Source: Candidatus Iainarchaeum sp. (GTDB lineage Archaea > Iainarchaeota > Iainarchaeia > Iainarchaeales > JAZDEL01). From it: 32,000 bases of DNA. The notes below the pieces were generated by a model that did not search any database, was not told the origin of the DNA, and was given only the letters and a program-made list of their open reading frames with translations. Below, one piece after another: positions 5,863-13,849 of the stretch. The translations under genes and the position numbers were made by a program. Positions within the stretch are counted from its first letter, which is position 1, and each line of letters begins with the position of its first letter. Location of the stretch: contig JAZDEL010000008.1 of the NCBI GenBank assembly GCA_043808785.1, positions 1-32,000 on the forward strand, read 5' to 3'.

Positions 5863-8049
5863 TCAGCCAACCTGTGCCTTAATTTGCTGCGCAACCTTCG
5901 GCCCGAGAATCCTGCCGAGGTCGGCAATGTCGATTTTTTTCAGTTCCGCAACAGTGCGCACGTTGCTGCGCCACAATCTGCGGGCACGCACGCGCCCGAT
6001 TCCACGAACTTCAACAAGCGCGAGCAGTTCCTCCTTTATCCCGTACTTGAGGCGCTTGCGCAGCCTGCCCAAGGGAACTGCATGGGTTTCAAGCGCAAGG
6101 AGGCGGCTTAATTCAGCAGCGGAGTAGGACAGCCAGTCCAAAATCTGCAGCTTGTTGTGCAGAATTCCTGGTTGCACATTGTACTCTTTCAGCAGGTCCT
6201 GCTCGCTGATTTCCTCCAGCCAGTCGCGCAGGAGTAAGGAAGAGTTGAACTTATTCAGCAGGGAATTGTCCGCGTACATCTCGATGTCAAGGTTGATTGG
6301 GAGTTCCTGCTTGTGCCCCTGCAGAAGTTCCCACAATTCCGCCTCCTTCTTCTTCGGCACGCTTAACCAGGGCATAAACTCGTAGCAACTAACCAAAGTG
6401 AAGATGTATGACATGGTTGCGGTTTTTCCCGCGCGCAGTGCCTCGACCATTTTGTGCGCGGAAAGCGGGTCAAGGTATAATTCTGAAACCCTTGCGCCCA
6501 GCGGGGTTGCGGAAACCCGCTTCCCGCCGTAATTTATGAAATCCCACTCCGCGAGTTCCTCGAGTATGCCGGTAAGTTTTGTGAAGAGGCTTGAGGTATC
6601 GCCGTACTGCTTCGCGTAAAAGGTTTTTGAGAAGAATTTTTCCAAACTCTCGAGGTCGGAAACGAAATTTGTCGCCACTGCGCCTAGGAGGTGCATGCGC
6701 AACACCGGCTCGATGCCGAGACGGGAGGAAACGGCTTCAATTTCCCCTTCTACATAATGCTCCATCAGCTCTTCTGCGTCCAAATCCGAGCGGGCGATGA
6801 GCACTGCCCTGCCCTCGCTGTCGAATTTCGGCCTTCCCGCACGCCCGGACATCTGCTTGTACTCCGAAACAGGTATGCGCTCCGAACCCTGCATGCCGTA
6901 GCGGTAAACCGAGGGGATAATTACCGTGTGGGCGGGAAGGTTTATGCCTGCTGCAAGGGTGGGGGTTGCTGAAATAACCTTCAAATGCCTGTTGCGGAAC
7001 AATTCCTCAATAAGTTCGCGCTGTTTCTGCATTAACCCTGCGTTGTGGAATGAAACCCCGCTTTTCACAACCTCGGAGAGGAGCCTGCACTGTTCTGTGG
7101 GGCTTTCAAGCACCTGCTCGATTTCGGAGGATTTTTTGAGCAAATAATTTTTTTCCTTTTCCAAAAGAGTTTTTTCAACGAGGCGGGAGAGGCGTTTTGC
7201 AATGCTCGAGGATTGCTTGCGCGTGGACGCAAACACCAGTGCCTGCTTGCCTTTTTTCAGGGTGTCCTGCACGAGGGAAGTTAGGGCGTCGAAATCCTGC
7301 GGTATTTCCTCCGCCAGGTATTTGCCTGCGGGAACCCCTGCGGGAACCAATCCTGAACCCGCTGCAGAACCCGCTTCGCGCTTGTGTTTTTTTTCCGGCG
7401 GATATTTTATTTCGTCATTGAAATAAACCCCCTCCAAAAGTTTAACCGGGCGGTATTCCGAATGCACGAGTTCCGCACCCAACCACTCCGACAGCTCGGA
7501 AGCGTTGGGTATGGTTGCGGAGAGGGCGAGAACCTGCATTTTCGGGTTCATGGAACGGAGCTTTGTTATCACGATTTCCAAAGTGGGGCCGCGGTCCGTG
7601 CCTAAGGAATGAACCTCATCAACAATCAGCAGGCCTATGCTGCTTAACCAGTCCGCGTTATGCCGCAAAAGGGAATCCAGTTTTTCATAGGTTGTGAAAA
7701 TCAGGTCGAAGTTTGAAAGGTATTTGCTGCTTGAGTCGAAATCGCCTGTGCTGATTGTGAATTTCACCTTCAGCGCGCTCGAGTATTTGCGCCTGAAATC
7801 GGAATAATGCTCCCCCGCGAGCGCGCGCAATGGGCAGGTATAAACAACCTTCCTGCGGCTGTTGATTATGCTGTTCAGGGCGCAGAGTTCCGCAATAACG
7901 GTTTTGCCGCTTGCAGTGGGGGCGCTGACAACAAGGTTCTTTGAATAAGGCTGTTTTTCGAGCACGGAGCGCTGCATCGGGTTGAACTGGTCGAAGCCAT
8001 TGAGTTCCTTTACCTTGTTTTCTACATTTACCTGTTTTTCTATATCCAT
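5863..8049 (-). CDS. hel308: Hel308/Ski2-type DNA helicase (superfamily 2)
   Basis: 728 aa with 'APTASGKT' (motif I), 'DEVH' (motif II), 'SAT' and 'MSGRAGRP' (motif VI). It has a C-terminal winged-helix/ratchet region and a helix-hairpin-helix 'VRGIGRVRARRLW'. Confidence 0.9.
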   Translation of the reverse strand: MDIEKQVNVENKVKELNGFDQFNPMQRSVLEKQPYSKNLVVSAPTASGKTVIAELCALNSIINSRRKVVYTCPLRALAGEHYSDFRRKYSSALKVKFTISTGDFDSSSKYLSNFDLIFTTYEKLDSLLRHNADWLSSIGLLIVDEVHSLGTDRGPTLEIVITKLRSMNPKMQVLALSATIPNASELSEWLGAELVHSEYRPVKLLEGVYFNDEIKYPPEKKHKREAGSAAGSGLVPAGVPAGKYLAEEIPQDFDALTSLVQDTLKKGKQALVFASTRKQSSSIAKRLSRLVEKTLLEKEKNYLLKKSSEIEQVLESPTEQCRLLSEVVKSGVSFHNAGLMQKQRELIEELFRNRHLKVISATPTLAAGINLPAHTVIIPSVYRYGMQGSERIPVSEYKQMSGRAGRPKFDSEGRAVLIARSDLDAEELMEHYVEGEIEAVSSRLGIEPVLRMHLLGAVATNFVSDLESLEKFFSKTFYAKQYGDTSSLFTKLTGILEELAEWDFINYGGKRVSATPLGARVSELYLDPLSAHKMVEALRAGKTATMSYIFTLVSCYEFMPWLSVPKKKEAELWELLQGHKQELPINLDIEMYADNSLLNKFNSSLLLRDWLEEISEQDLLKEYNVQPGILHNKLQILDWLSYSAAELSRLLALETHAVPLGRLRKRLKYGIKEELLALVEVRGIGRVRARRLWRSNVRTVAELKKIDIADLGRILGPKVAQQIKAQVG

Positions 8050-8151
8050 GCAGCCACACAGAATTTTGCCTGAACAGGAATATAAATGATTGCAGGGTGG
8101 GTTTCCGGTGCGAAACTCCGCCCCAAGAAGGGTTAAATAGTTGGTTAGCCT

Positions 8152-8832
8152 ATGGTTATTCCGGTAATGAAAAGGGAATTTTCAATGAAGCCGGTCAGGA
8201 TGAAAAAAATAATCGGCTATTTTAGTGGGCTAAAAGACAAACTCCCTTGGGCAAAGAAGCGGCGTGCCAAGGAGAGGGCGCGGGAATCAACTGCCACAAT
8301 CGAAGCGCGCGAACAGGAAATATTGAAACAACATCTGAATCCTGAAAATATCGGCAGGATAATCGGGCTCTGCAAAAGCGGCGAAATGGGCAAAGTCGGC
8401 CAGGCTGGGATGACAGTTCTTGAGGAAGTTCTCAAGGGCAGGGACGCGGAGCTTTGGGGCAGCAAGGGATGGGGCAATACAGAAATACCTGAAAGATTAA
8501 AAGAATGCAAAGATGCCTACGGAAAAATGAAGTCCTATGCCCTTTCCAAGGGCTGGTTATTTGGCGAGAAGGGAGCCATAGTGGATTATATTGAATGGAA
8601 AACGTCCCCCTCTGCGGCTGATTTTGCCGTGATTGGCGACAACATAGCGTATGTGGCGAGGGATTTGAAGAACCTAGGCTACAGCAGGGAAGAGGTAGGC
8701 AAAATTCTCCATGAGGGGCTCTCAATCAGCGAGAGTTTCAAGAGGATGTTAGGCAAGGGGGGGAATGAAAAAATAAAGAAAATAAGGGATGAAATAGATT
8801 TGGCGCTCCATTACGTACCTTGGAAGAATTAA
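8152..8832 (+). CDS. Hypothetical protein (226 aa; alternative starts at 8167 and 8185)
   Basis: Long ORF divergent from hel308, with a TATA-like TTAAATAG at about 8134-8141. No family recognised. Confidence 0.6.
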   Translation: MVIPVMKREFSMKPVRMKKIIGYFSGLKDKLPWAKKRRAKERARESTATIEAREQEILKQHLNPENIGRIIGLCKSGEMGKVGQAGMTVLEEVLKGRDAELWGSKGWGNTEIPERLKECKDAYGKMKSYALSKGWLFGEKGAIVDYIEWKTSPSAADFAVIGDNIAYVARDLKNLGYSREEVGKILHEGLSISESFKRMLGKGGNEKIKKIRDEIDLALHYVPWKN

Positions 8833-8893
8833 CTAATCCGGGGCGGCAGCCGAACCCAATAATTTAATAACACATCGTGTTACAAAGTAACAC

Positions 8894-9196
8894 ATGGAAT
8901 ACGTAAGCCTCAAACTGGATGCGCAGGTGCTGAAGGAAGTCGAGAGGGGAATGAAGGAGTTCCACTACAACACAAGGTCTGACTTCCTCAGGGATGCGAT
9001 AAGGGAGAAACTGCTTGCCCTTGAGAAAAGGCGCGAGGAAAAGAAGGGTTGGGAGGCGCTGTTTGCCGCAAAGGGTGCGTTCAAAGGGCAGGGAAAGTTC
9101 AAGACTGATGAAGAATTTCATGCATGGAGGAGTGGGGAAGGGAGCGAGGAAATGAAGAAATGGCTTAATGAGAAGCACGGCTTTAACCTAAAGTGA
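8894..9196 (+). CDS. Ribbon-helix-helix (CopG/VapB-like) protein, 100 aa
   Basis: The N-terminal 'VSLKLDAQVLKEVERGMKEFHYNTRSDFLRDAIREKL' has a beta-strand/helix/helix RHH pattern. The C-terminal half is charged. Confidence 0.6.
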   Translation: MEYVSLKLDAQVLKEVERGMKEFHYNTRSDFLRDAIREKLLALEKRREEKKGWEALFAAKGAFKGQGKFKTDEEFHAWRSGEGSEEMKKWLNEKHGFNLK

Positions 9197-9599
9197 TTTC
9201 CTCAGGCGCCCTTGATTCGACAATGTCTGAAAGTTCCCCGAAGTGCCTGTCGCGCGTAACCATCAGCGCAAAGTTGTCCCTTGCTATTATCGCGTGGAAA
9301 GCATCGTTGAACGGCAATTGCCGTTCTTCTGAAATGCGTTCCGCCTCTTTTGCCTGTGCCTCGGAGAAAGCGACTTTCAGGATTATGCCGCGGAATGAGG
9401 AAAATGCCTCTTCCAGGCGCTCTTTTGGGACTCCCTTCAATTCCTTTAGGACAATATCGGAATAGAGAACCTTGCATTTGTGCTTTTCGCAATCCTTGAG
9501 GAACCTGAATGCCAAATCCCCGAGCGGCCTGATGCCGTTTCCGCGGGCGCCGAAATAATCCATCCAGATTGCGGTATCGAGGTAAAACCTGCGCTGCAT
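9183..9599 (-). CDS. PIN-domain nuclease (VapC-like), 138 aa
   Basis: ORF 9183..9695 trimmed to ATG 9599 (MQRRFYLDTAIW...). All four acidic PIN positions are visible: 'YLDT', 'LKEL', 'FNDAFH', 'TRDRHF'. Its 3' end overlaps the RHH gene by 14 nt on the opposite strand. Confidence 0.75.
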   Translation of the reverse strand: MQRRFYLDTAIWMDYFGARGNGIRPLGDLAFRFLKDCEKHKCKVLYSDIVLKELKGVPKERLEEAFSSFRGIILKVAFSEAQAKEAERISEERQLPFNDAFHAIIARDNFALMVTRDRHFGELSDIVESRAPEEITLG

Positions 9600-10302
9600 A
9601 AATAAGCCAACCAATGGCGGGTTTAAAAACGCGCCTAGGGTTGATTTCCGGTGCGGCGCACGAAAGGGTTCGCAGGCAGGGCAGAACCGCCTCATAACCG
9701 AAAGCCCCGAAAACCTGTCTACATAACTTTTTCGCTAAAATTGTTTTTGTTAAGAAAAAATACTTTTTGTTTTTCCCTTTTGCTGTTTTGGGCATAGTTA
9801 GGGGTGTTTGGGTCAGGTGAGGGAAAGATTTATTAATTTGGTTTGAAAATGTGTGTTTTTTGCGTGCTTTTTTTTCACATGGCGTATTGCCATTTATATT
9901 CAAAATTAGGAATCCGAATTCGGAAAAAATCCGCAAAAATCAGGGAAAGTTTGTGCGTGCGGGCTGCTTTCTGGGTTCATGCTATGCCCTAGGCAGTTAT
10001 TATGCCGCAAAAGCAAAAAAAACGCGGGAGGCGGGGTAGTTTGGGCGCCGGTGGGCGGGGCTTAACCAGCCCAAGGCCGGGCAAAGGGCAAAAATTGGTG
10101 CCAAGGGCGGATGCTGAAGGGCAAAAGCCGGCAAAAACCGCGGGGGAGGTTATACTGAAAAAAGAAAAAATGCGTATTTTGCCAGCATTAGGCAAATAGA
10201 CTTTGAATTTGCATAGTCTACATAACAAAAACAGTAAAAAAAGCCCTAAATAGGGGGCAATAGCGAGGCATAAGCCTCGAAAATCCTAAAACCCGGGCGC
10301 AA

Positions 10303-10953
10303 CTACTTCCTTGCCCAGAGAATCATGGAATTAATGGTCTTTATCTGCCCTTCAATCTCGCCGATTTTCTTCTCTATCTCCAAAACCTTGCCTTCGGAAA
10401 CCCCTGCCCTGAATTCCTGCAATTCGTTTGCATAGCGCGCCACTTTCCTGTCGTTGCCGTAAACTATGGAGTTTTCAACGGTTTCAACCAATTGCTTCCT
10501 GTATTCGATGTCATCAATGAACATCCTTACCATGGGTTTCCAGCGCGGGTCGTCAACCAAATGCACGGGCAGTTTAACGCTTTCCGCATCGGCCTTGTAA
10601 TCCGCGTCGGACATGGTTTTTGCAACGTGCTTCCAGTACAAAGGGTTTGAGAACCTGGTTATCTTATGCCGCAATTCATAAGTTTTTGCCTTTGCAAGCT
10701 GCCTGCGCCACTCGCCGCGCTTGGACTGGAAGCGGTCCTTAAGCGTGTTTATTTCCTTTAACTGTCTGTTAAGGCGCGCGGCATCGGGGTAAAGGAGCTT
10801 CGGCCAGGCGCCCTCCTTTTCCTTCAGGACATTTACGACTCCGCCGTGGGCGAAATAGGTTTTCAGCGCCGCGGCGCGCGCATCGTTCGGGTCCGCGACT
10901 GCCTCGGGGAACTTCTCCCCGAACTTTTCAAAGGATGAGATTATCAGCGCCAT
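10303..10953 (-). CDS. Hypothetical protein, 216 aa, helical/coiled-coil C-terminus
   Basis: ORF 10303..11019 trimmed to ATG 10953 (MALIISSFEKF...). No family recognised. Confidence 0.6.
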   Translation of the reverse strand: MALIISSFEKFGEKFPEAVADPNDARAAALKTYFAHGGVVNVLKEKEGAWPKLLYPDAARLNRQLKEINTLKDRFQSKRGEWRRQLAKAKTYELRHKITRFSNPLYWKHVAKTMSDADYKADAESVKLPVHLVDDPRWKPMVRMFIDDIEYRKQLVETVENSIVYGNDRKVARYANELQEFRAGVSEGKVLEIEKKIGEIEGQIKTINSMILWARK

Positions 10954-11074
10954 AGCACAGGAAAGATAAGGGGAAGGGGTTAATAAATGTTTTTCGGGCG
11001 GGTTTGCGTGGTTTGGCAAGGGGAGAATTATTTTCTGGCGGGTTTCGCGGGAAATGCCTCCCCCCTACGGAAGG

Positions 11075-11245
11075 CAAAAAACAAAAAACCGAACGCGCGC
11101 GGTTCGCGGCGCGGTTTGCGGGGTTTGCTGCAGCAAACCGCCCAACCTGCGGCGCGGCAATGCTGCAAGCAAACCCTTGCCGCGGGGGCGCAGCGGACGG
11201 CAAACCTGCCTTGCCCTATGCGAACCTGCGGTTTTTTATTTTTGG
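11075..11245 (+). repeat. Intergenic repeat family R1, diverged copy C
   Basis: The 5' part 'caaaaaacaaaaaaccgaacgcgcgcggttcgcggcgcggtttgcggggttt' parallels 'caaaaaaacaaaaaacgcggttcgtgcgttcgtggttttttgggttt' of copy A. It contains the perfect 18-nt palindrome GGTTTGCTGCAGCAAACC (11122-11139). It ends in GCGGTTTTTTATTTTT, 20-31 nt before the ATG at 11263. Confidence 0.55.
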
Positions 11246-11262
11246 AAGCGTTAATTATTGGC

Positions 11263-12288
11263 ATGAGCAATAGCAACAGCTTGGCAGCAAAGGTGCACGA
11301 CCCCGTAGAAATTTTGGACAATTATATAAAAAGCAGGGGAGTCAAGAAGGGCACTGGCGAGAAGGGCAACGAGGAAACGCTTAACAGGGTGCTGAAACGC
11401 TTGTCCAAGGAGCCAGGCAACATAAATGCCGAAGGTTTCAGGCAGGAACTTATCTCCGCCTGCGCCGTTTCCCTGACGGGTTTGCGGCACATTAAGGAAC
11501 CCGTAAGGCTGTTCAGGAACCTTACAGGTGCGTTTGAGGGAAGGGGCTACTGCATTTACACGCAGACAGTGATACGCGCATTTTCCAGGCTTGAGCGCGA
11601 TGCGGAAAGGCAGAAGAGGCTTGGGGAGATTATCGAAGTATGGAAAAGCCTCGGGAACCCGATGACAAAGGCGAACAGCATTTCCCGCATCCCGAACGAG
11701 TTGGCAATGACAATGCTGGGTGATGCTACGGCACATTATGAAGCGGCGGGAAATTTGGCGGCCAAACCCGATTATCCGTTAAAGGAGGTTGAGGGGCTGC
11801 TGAACCATAGTGATTCCGGAATACGTGAGTATGCGGCAAGAGGTTTGGCTTACAGGAAGGGGCTGAAGCTGGAATTCCTGAAGGGTTTGTTGAACAGCAG
11901 ATTTCAAGGGGTAAGGATAGGCGCATCATTTGCCCTGGCTTCAAGGGCTGACTTTCGGGTTAGCGAAATCGGGGAACTGCTGAATCGCGGCGACCCCTAC
12001 GAAACAAAAATCATAGAAGCGATAAAGGAGGGGCTGTCAAGGAGGAGGAAATTAACCCCAAGCGAACTTGACAGGCTGATGCAAATAATGCCTGGCAGGC
12101 GCCCAATCCCAAAGCAAACATCCACGCTGGCGCACATAAGCGGCCCGAGCAGAAAAAGAACGGAGAAAATGCACAATTTGACGCACGGCCTCAGGGCAAA
12201 GCCAGCCAGGTTTAAGCCCCTCAACACAGCCATAAATGCTTTTCGCAGGAGAGTTGGGTTATGGCGAAGGAAAATGCACGGAAGATAG
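11263..12288 (+). CDS. HEAT/PBS-lyase-like repeat protein, 341 aa
   Basis: ORF 10987..12288 trimmed to ATG 11263 because the upstream part is repeat R1-C. 'LLNHSDSGIREYAARGLAY', 'LLNSRFQGVRIGASFALAS' and 'LLNRGDPYETKIIEAI' are HEAT-like repeats. The basic C-terminal tail overlaps the next gene by 28 nt. Confidence 0.6.
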   Translation: MSNSNSLAAKVHDPVEILDNYIKSRGVKKGTGEKGNEETLNRVLKRLSKEPGNINAEGFRQELISACAVSLTGLRHIKEPVRLFRNLTGAFEGRGYCIYTQTVIRAFSRLERDAERQKRLGEIIEVWKSLGNPMTKANSISRIPNELAMTMLGDATAHYEAAGNLAAKPDYPLKEVEGLLNHSDSGIREYAARGLAYRKGLKLEFLKGLLNSRFQGVRIGASFALASRADFRVSEIGELLNRGDPYETKIIEAIKEGLSRRRKLTPSELDRLMQIMPGRRPIPKQTSTLAHISGPSRKRTEKMHNLTHGLRAKPARFKPLNTAINAFRRRVGLWRRKMHGR

Positions 12289-12848
12289 CGCAGTTCTTCC
12301 ACGAGGCAGGGCAATTGAAGCGCGTGAAGCGCTCGGGCTGGTGGTTAGCGGGCGTGCAGGAGCCCGAAAGCGTTGCGGAGCATTCATTCCGCGCCGCGAT
12401 TGTTGGGTACGCGCTTGCGAAGCAGGAGGGGGCAAACGCGGAGCGCGTGATGAAGATGCTTTTGTTCCACGATTTGCCTGAAACGCGCATAGGGGATATG
12501 CACAAGGTTACGGCGCGCTATGTTGATGTCGAGAAGGCGGAGCGCAGGGTTCTTGAGGAGCAGGGGGAAACCGTAAGCGCGTTCGATGCCGCGCTTGGGA
12601 AGGAGTATCTTGCACTCATGCGCGAGTTCCTTGCGCAGGAGAGCAAGGAAGCGGTTGTTGCGAAGGACGCTGATTTCCTCGAATGCGCGCTGCAGGCGCG
12701 CGAGTATTTGGACAGCGGGGCGAAAGATGCGGAAGACTGGCTGGAGCGCATCGGGAAAAGGCTGAAAACCAAAAGCGCGGGGGAAATTTTCGCGCATGTG
12801 AGGAAAAACCCCTCGCACGCATGGTGGAAAAACTTAAAGAAACTTTGA
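12261..12848 (+). CDS. HD-domain phosphohydrolase (YfbR/HDDC2-like 5'-deoxynucleotidase family)
   Basis: 'LKRVKRSGW', 'ESVAEHSFRAAIVGYALA', 'LLFHDLPETRIGD' and 'AKDADFLECALQA' match the H...HD...D arrangement of this family. GGAGAG lies 9 nt upstream of the ATG. Confidence 0.85.
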   Translation: MAKENARKIAQFFHEAGQLKRVKRSGWWLAGVQEPESVAEHSFRAAIVGYALAKQEGANAERVMKMLLFHDLPETRIGDMHKVTARYVDVEKAERRVLEEQGETVSAFDAALGKEYLALMREFLAQESKEAVVAKDADFLECALQAREYLDSGAKDAEDWLERIGKRLKTKSAGEIFAHVRKNPSHAWWKNLKKL

Positions 12849-13004
12849 AACTTGGGCCAATGAAGTCGAAGTTGACTACCTTGCCTAGCAGGTTCATAAA
12901 ACATCACCACTCATATCGGGGTGGATTTCCTTAATATTCACTCAAGTCAGTTTTTGGCGGTTTTTGCGAGGTAGTATATAAATACTTAAGAAGAAGGAGT
13001 CTAT

Positions 13005-13388
13005 TTGGCCCTTCCAGAAAGCGAACACCTGGGTGGAATGGCCCAGACCAGCGGGCAGTTAACATTAAATACTGTTGTATATCAATTGATATATAGTGAT
13101 TTGATGCAAAAGCAGGCGCAGATTTTCAGGAACGACGTGCTCCGCTACCCCAGGCTGGACACGGTGCTGATGATTGAGAAGGCGATAATGGATTCAAAGG
13201 GCGACCTGACAGTAAGGGAAATCTGGAAGAAACTCCCGAAGCAGGCGATGTGGCAGACCTACATGGCCGCGCTGGATTACCTTGAATACAGCGGCAAAAT
13301 ACTGGTTGATGATGAAAAGCGCCCGATATGGATTTGGGCGCCGAGGGATGTCGAGGAACTTAAGAGGAAGGGGCTTGTGGCGAGATGA
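13005..13388 (+). CDS. Small winged-helix-like DNA-binding protein candidate (start uncertain: TTG 13005, ATG 13038 or ATG 13104)
   Basis: The C-terminal 90 aa ('LDTVLMIEKAI..GDLTVREIWKKLPK...WQTYMAALDYLEYSGKILVDDEKRPIWIW') looks like a wHTH with a beta-wing. TATATAAATA (12975-12984) and AAGGAG (12993-12998) precede TTG 13005. A perfect AT-rich 16-bp palindrome at 13078-13093 argues that coding may only start at ATG 13104. Confidence 0.5.
   Translation: MALPESEHLGGMAQTSGQLTLNTVVYQLIYSDLMQKQAQIFRNDVLRYPRLDTVLMIEKAIMDSKGDLTVREIWKKLPKQAMWQTYMAALDYLEYSGKILVDDEKRPIWIWAPRDVEELKRKGLVAR
13078..13093. promoter_or_regulatory. Perfect 16-bp palindrome TATATCAATTGATATA
   Basis: TATATCAA is the exact reverse complement of TTGATATA. 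It ends 10 nt before ATG 13104 and shares the TCAATTGA core with the 20-bp palindrome at 29813-29832. Confidence 0.5.
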
Positions 13389-13446
13389 ACCCAAAAATAA
13401 AAGAAAGGTATAAATAGGGGCGGGAACATAATAATTGGTGGGAAAA

Positions 13447-13632
13447 ATGGACGACAGAAGCAAATTCTTAACCCTATTCGTAAATTTGCCCGCTCCCATG
13501 CGAAAGGAAATTGCAGTCATTGTTGACGGGCAACCGTTCTCGTGGGAGAGGGCATACAGGGAAATACAGGCAGAAACAAAGCTCGGAAAAAAAATGTTAA
13601 AAGAACTTAGTGCATTAAAGTTGTGGGGGTGA
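13447..13632 (+). CDS. Small protein, 61 aa (hypothetical)
   Basis: ATG 13447 is preceded by GGTGGG (13437-13442), with GGTATAAATAGG (13407-13418) upstream. The stop is 4 nt before the next start. Confidence 0.5.
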   Translation: MDDRSKFLTLFVNLPAPMRKEIAVIVDGQPFSWERAYREIQAETKLGKKMLKELSALKLWG

Positions 13633-13636
13633 GGGT

Positions 13637-13849
13637 GTGCCAGAGATTTCTAAACAGGCGCAGATGCTGGTGCTTGAGAGGCTAAAAAATCTTCCGAGGG
13701 ATGCCAAATTGTCGGCAGGGGGCGGCCCTTCAGTTACAAAAGAGGAATTGATACAGCATGTAGAGAATCTGGATTCCGTGGGGAAAGAATACATCGAGAT
13801 GGAATTATTTTATTTGAGAAGCATCGCAAGAAGGCACGGGTCCCCATGA
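13637..13849 (+). CDS. Small protein, 70 aa (hypothetical; weak resemblance to the preceding 61-aa protein)
   Basis: The GTG start is preceded by GGGGTGAGG. Both small proteins share '..L..L.NLP..(10-14)..P-x-S/T..E......(I/V)..E....GK....EL'. The stop overlaps the next start (ATGA at 13846-13849). Confidence 0.5.
   Translation: MPEISKQAQMLVLERLKNLPRDAKLSAGGGPSVTKEELIQHVENLDSVGKEYIEMELFYLRSIARRHGSP

Noticed and set aside
5793-5927. Upstream extension of the low-GC ORF (start at 5927) overlapping the hel308 3' end
   Set aside because: The extension overlaps the hel308 coding sequence by 65 nt and encodes an Arg/Ala-rich shadow-like peptide. A TATA-like box precedes ATG 5792.
10002-10199. A highly basic 65-aa ORF (MPQKQKKRGRRGSLGAGGRG...) in the 9.6-10.3 kb gap
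   Set aside because: Its low-complexity Gly/Arg/Lys/Pro composition is typical of chance ORFs through GC-rich structured DNA, and it has no SD or TATA at the right distance. The region is better explained as non-coding (see finding).
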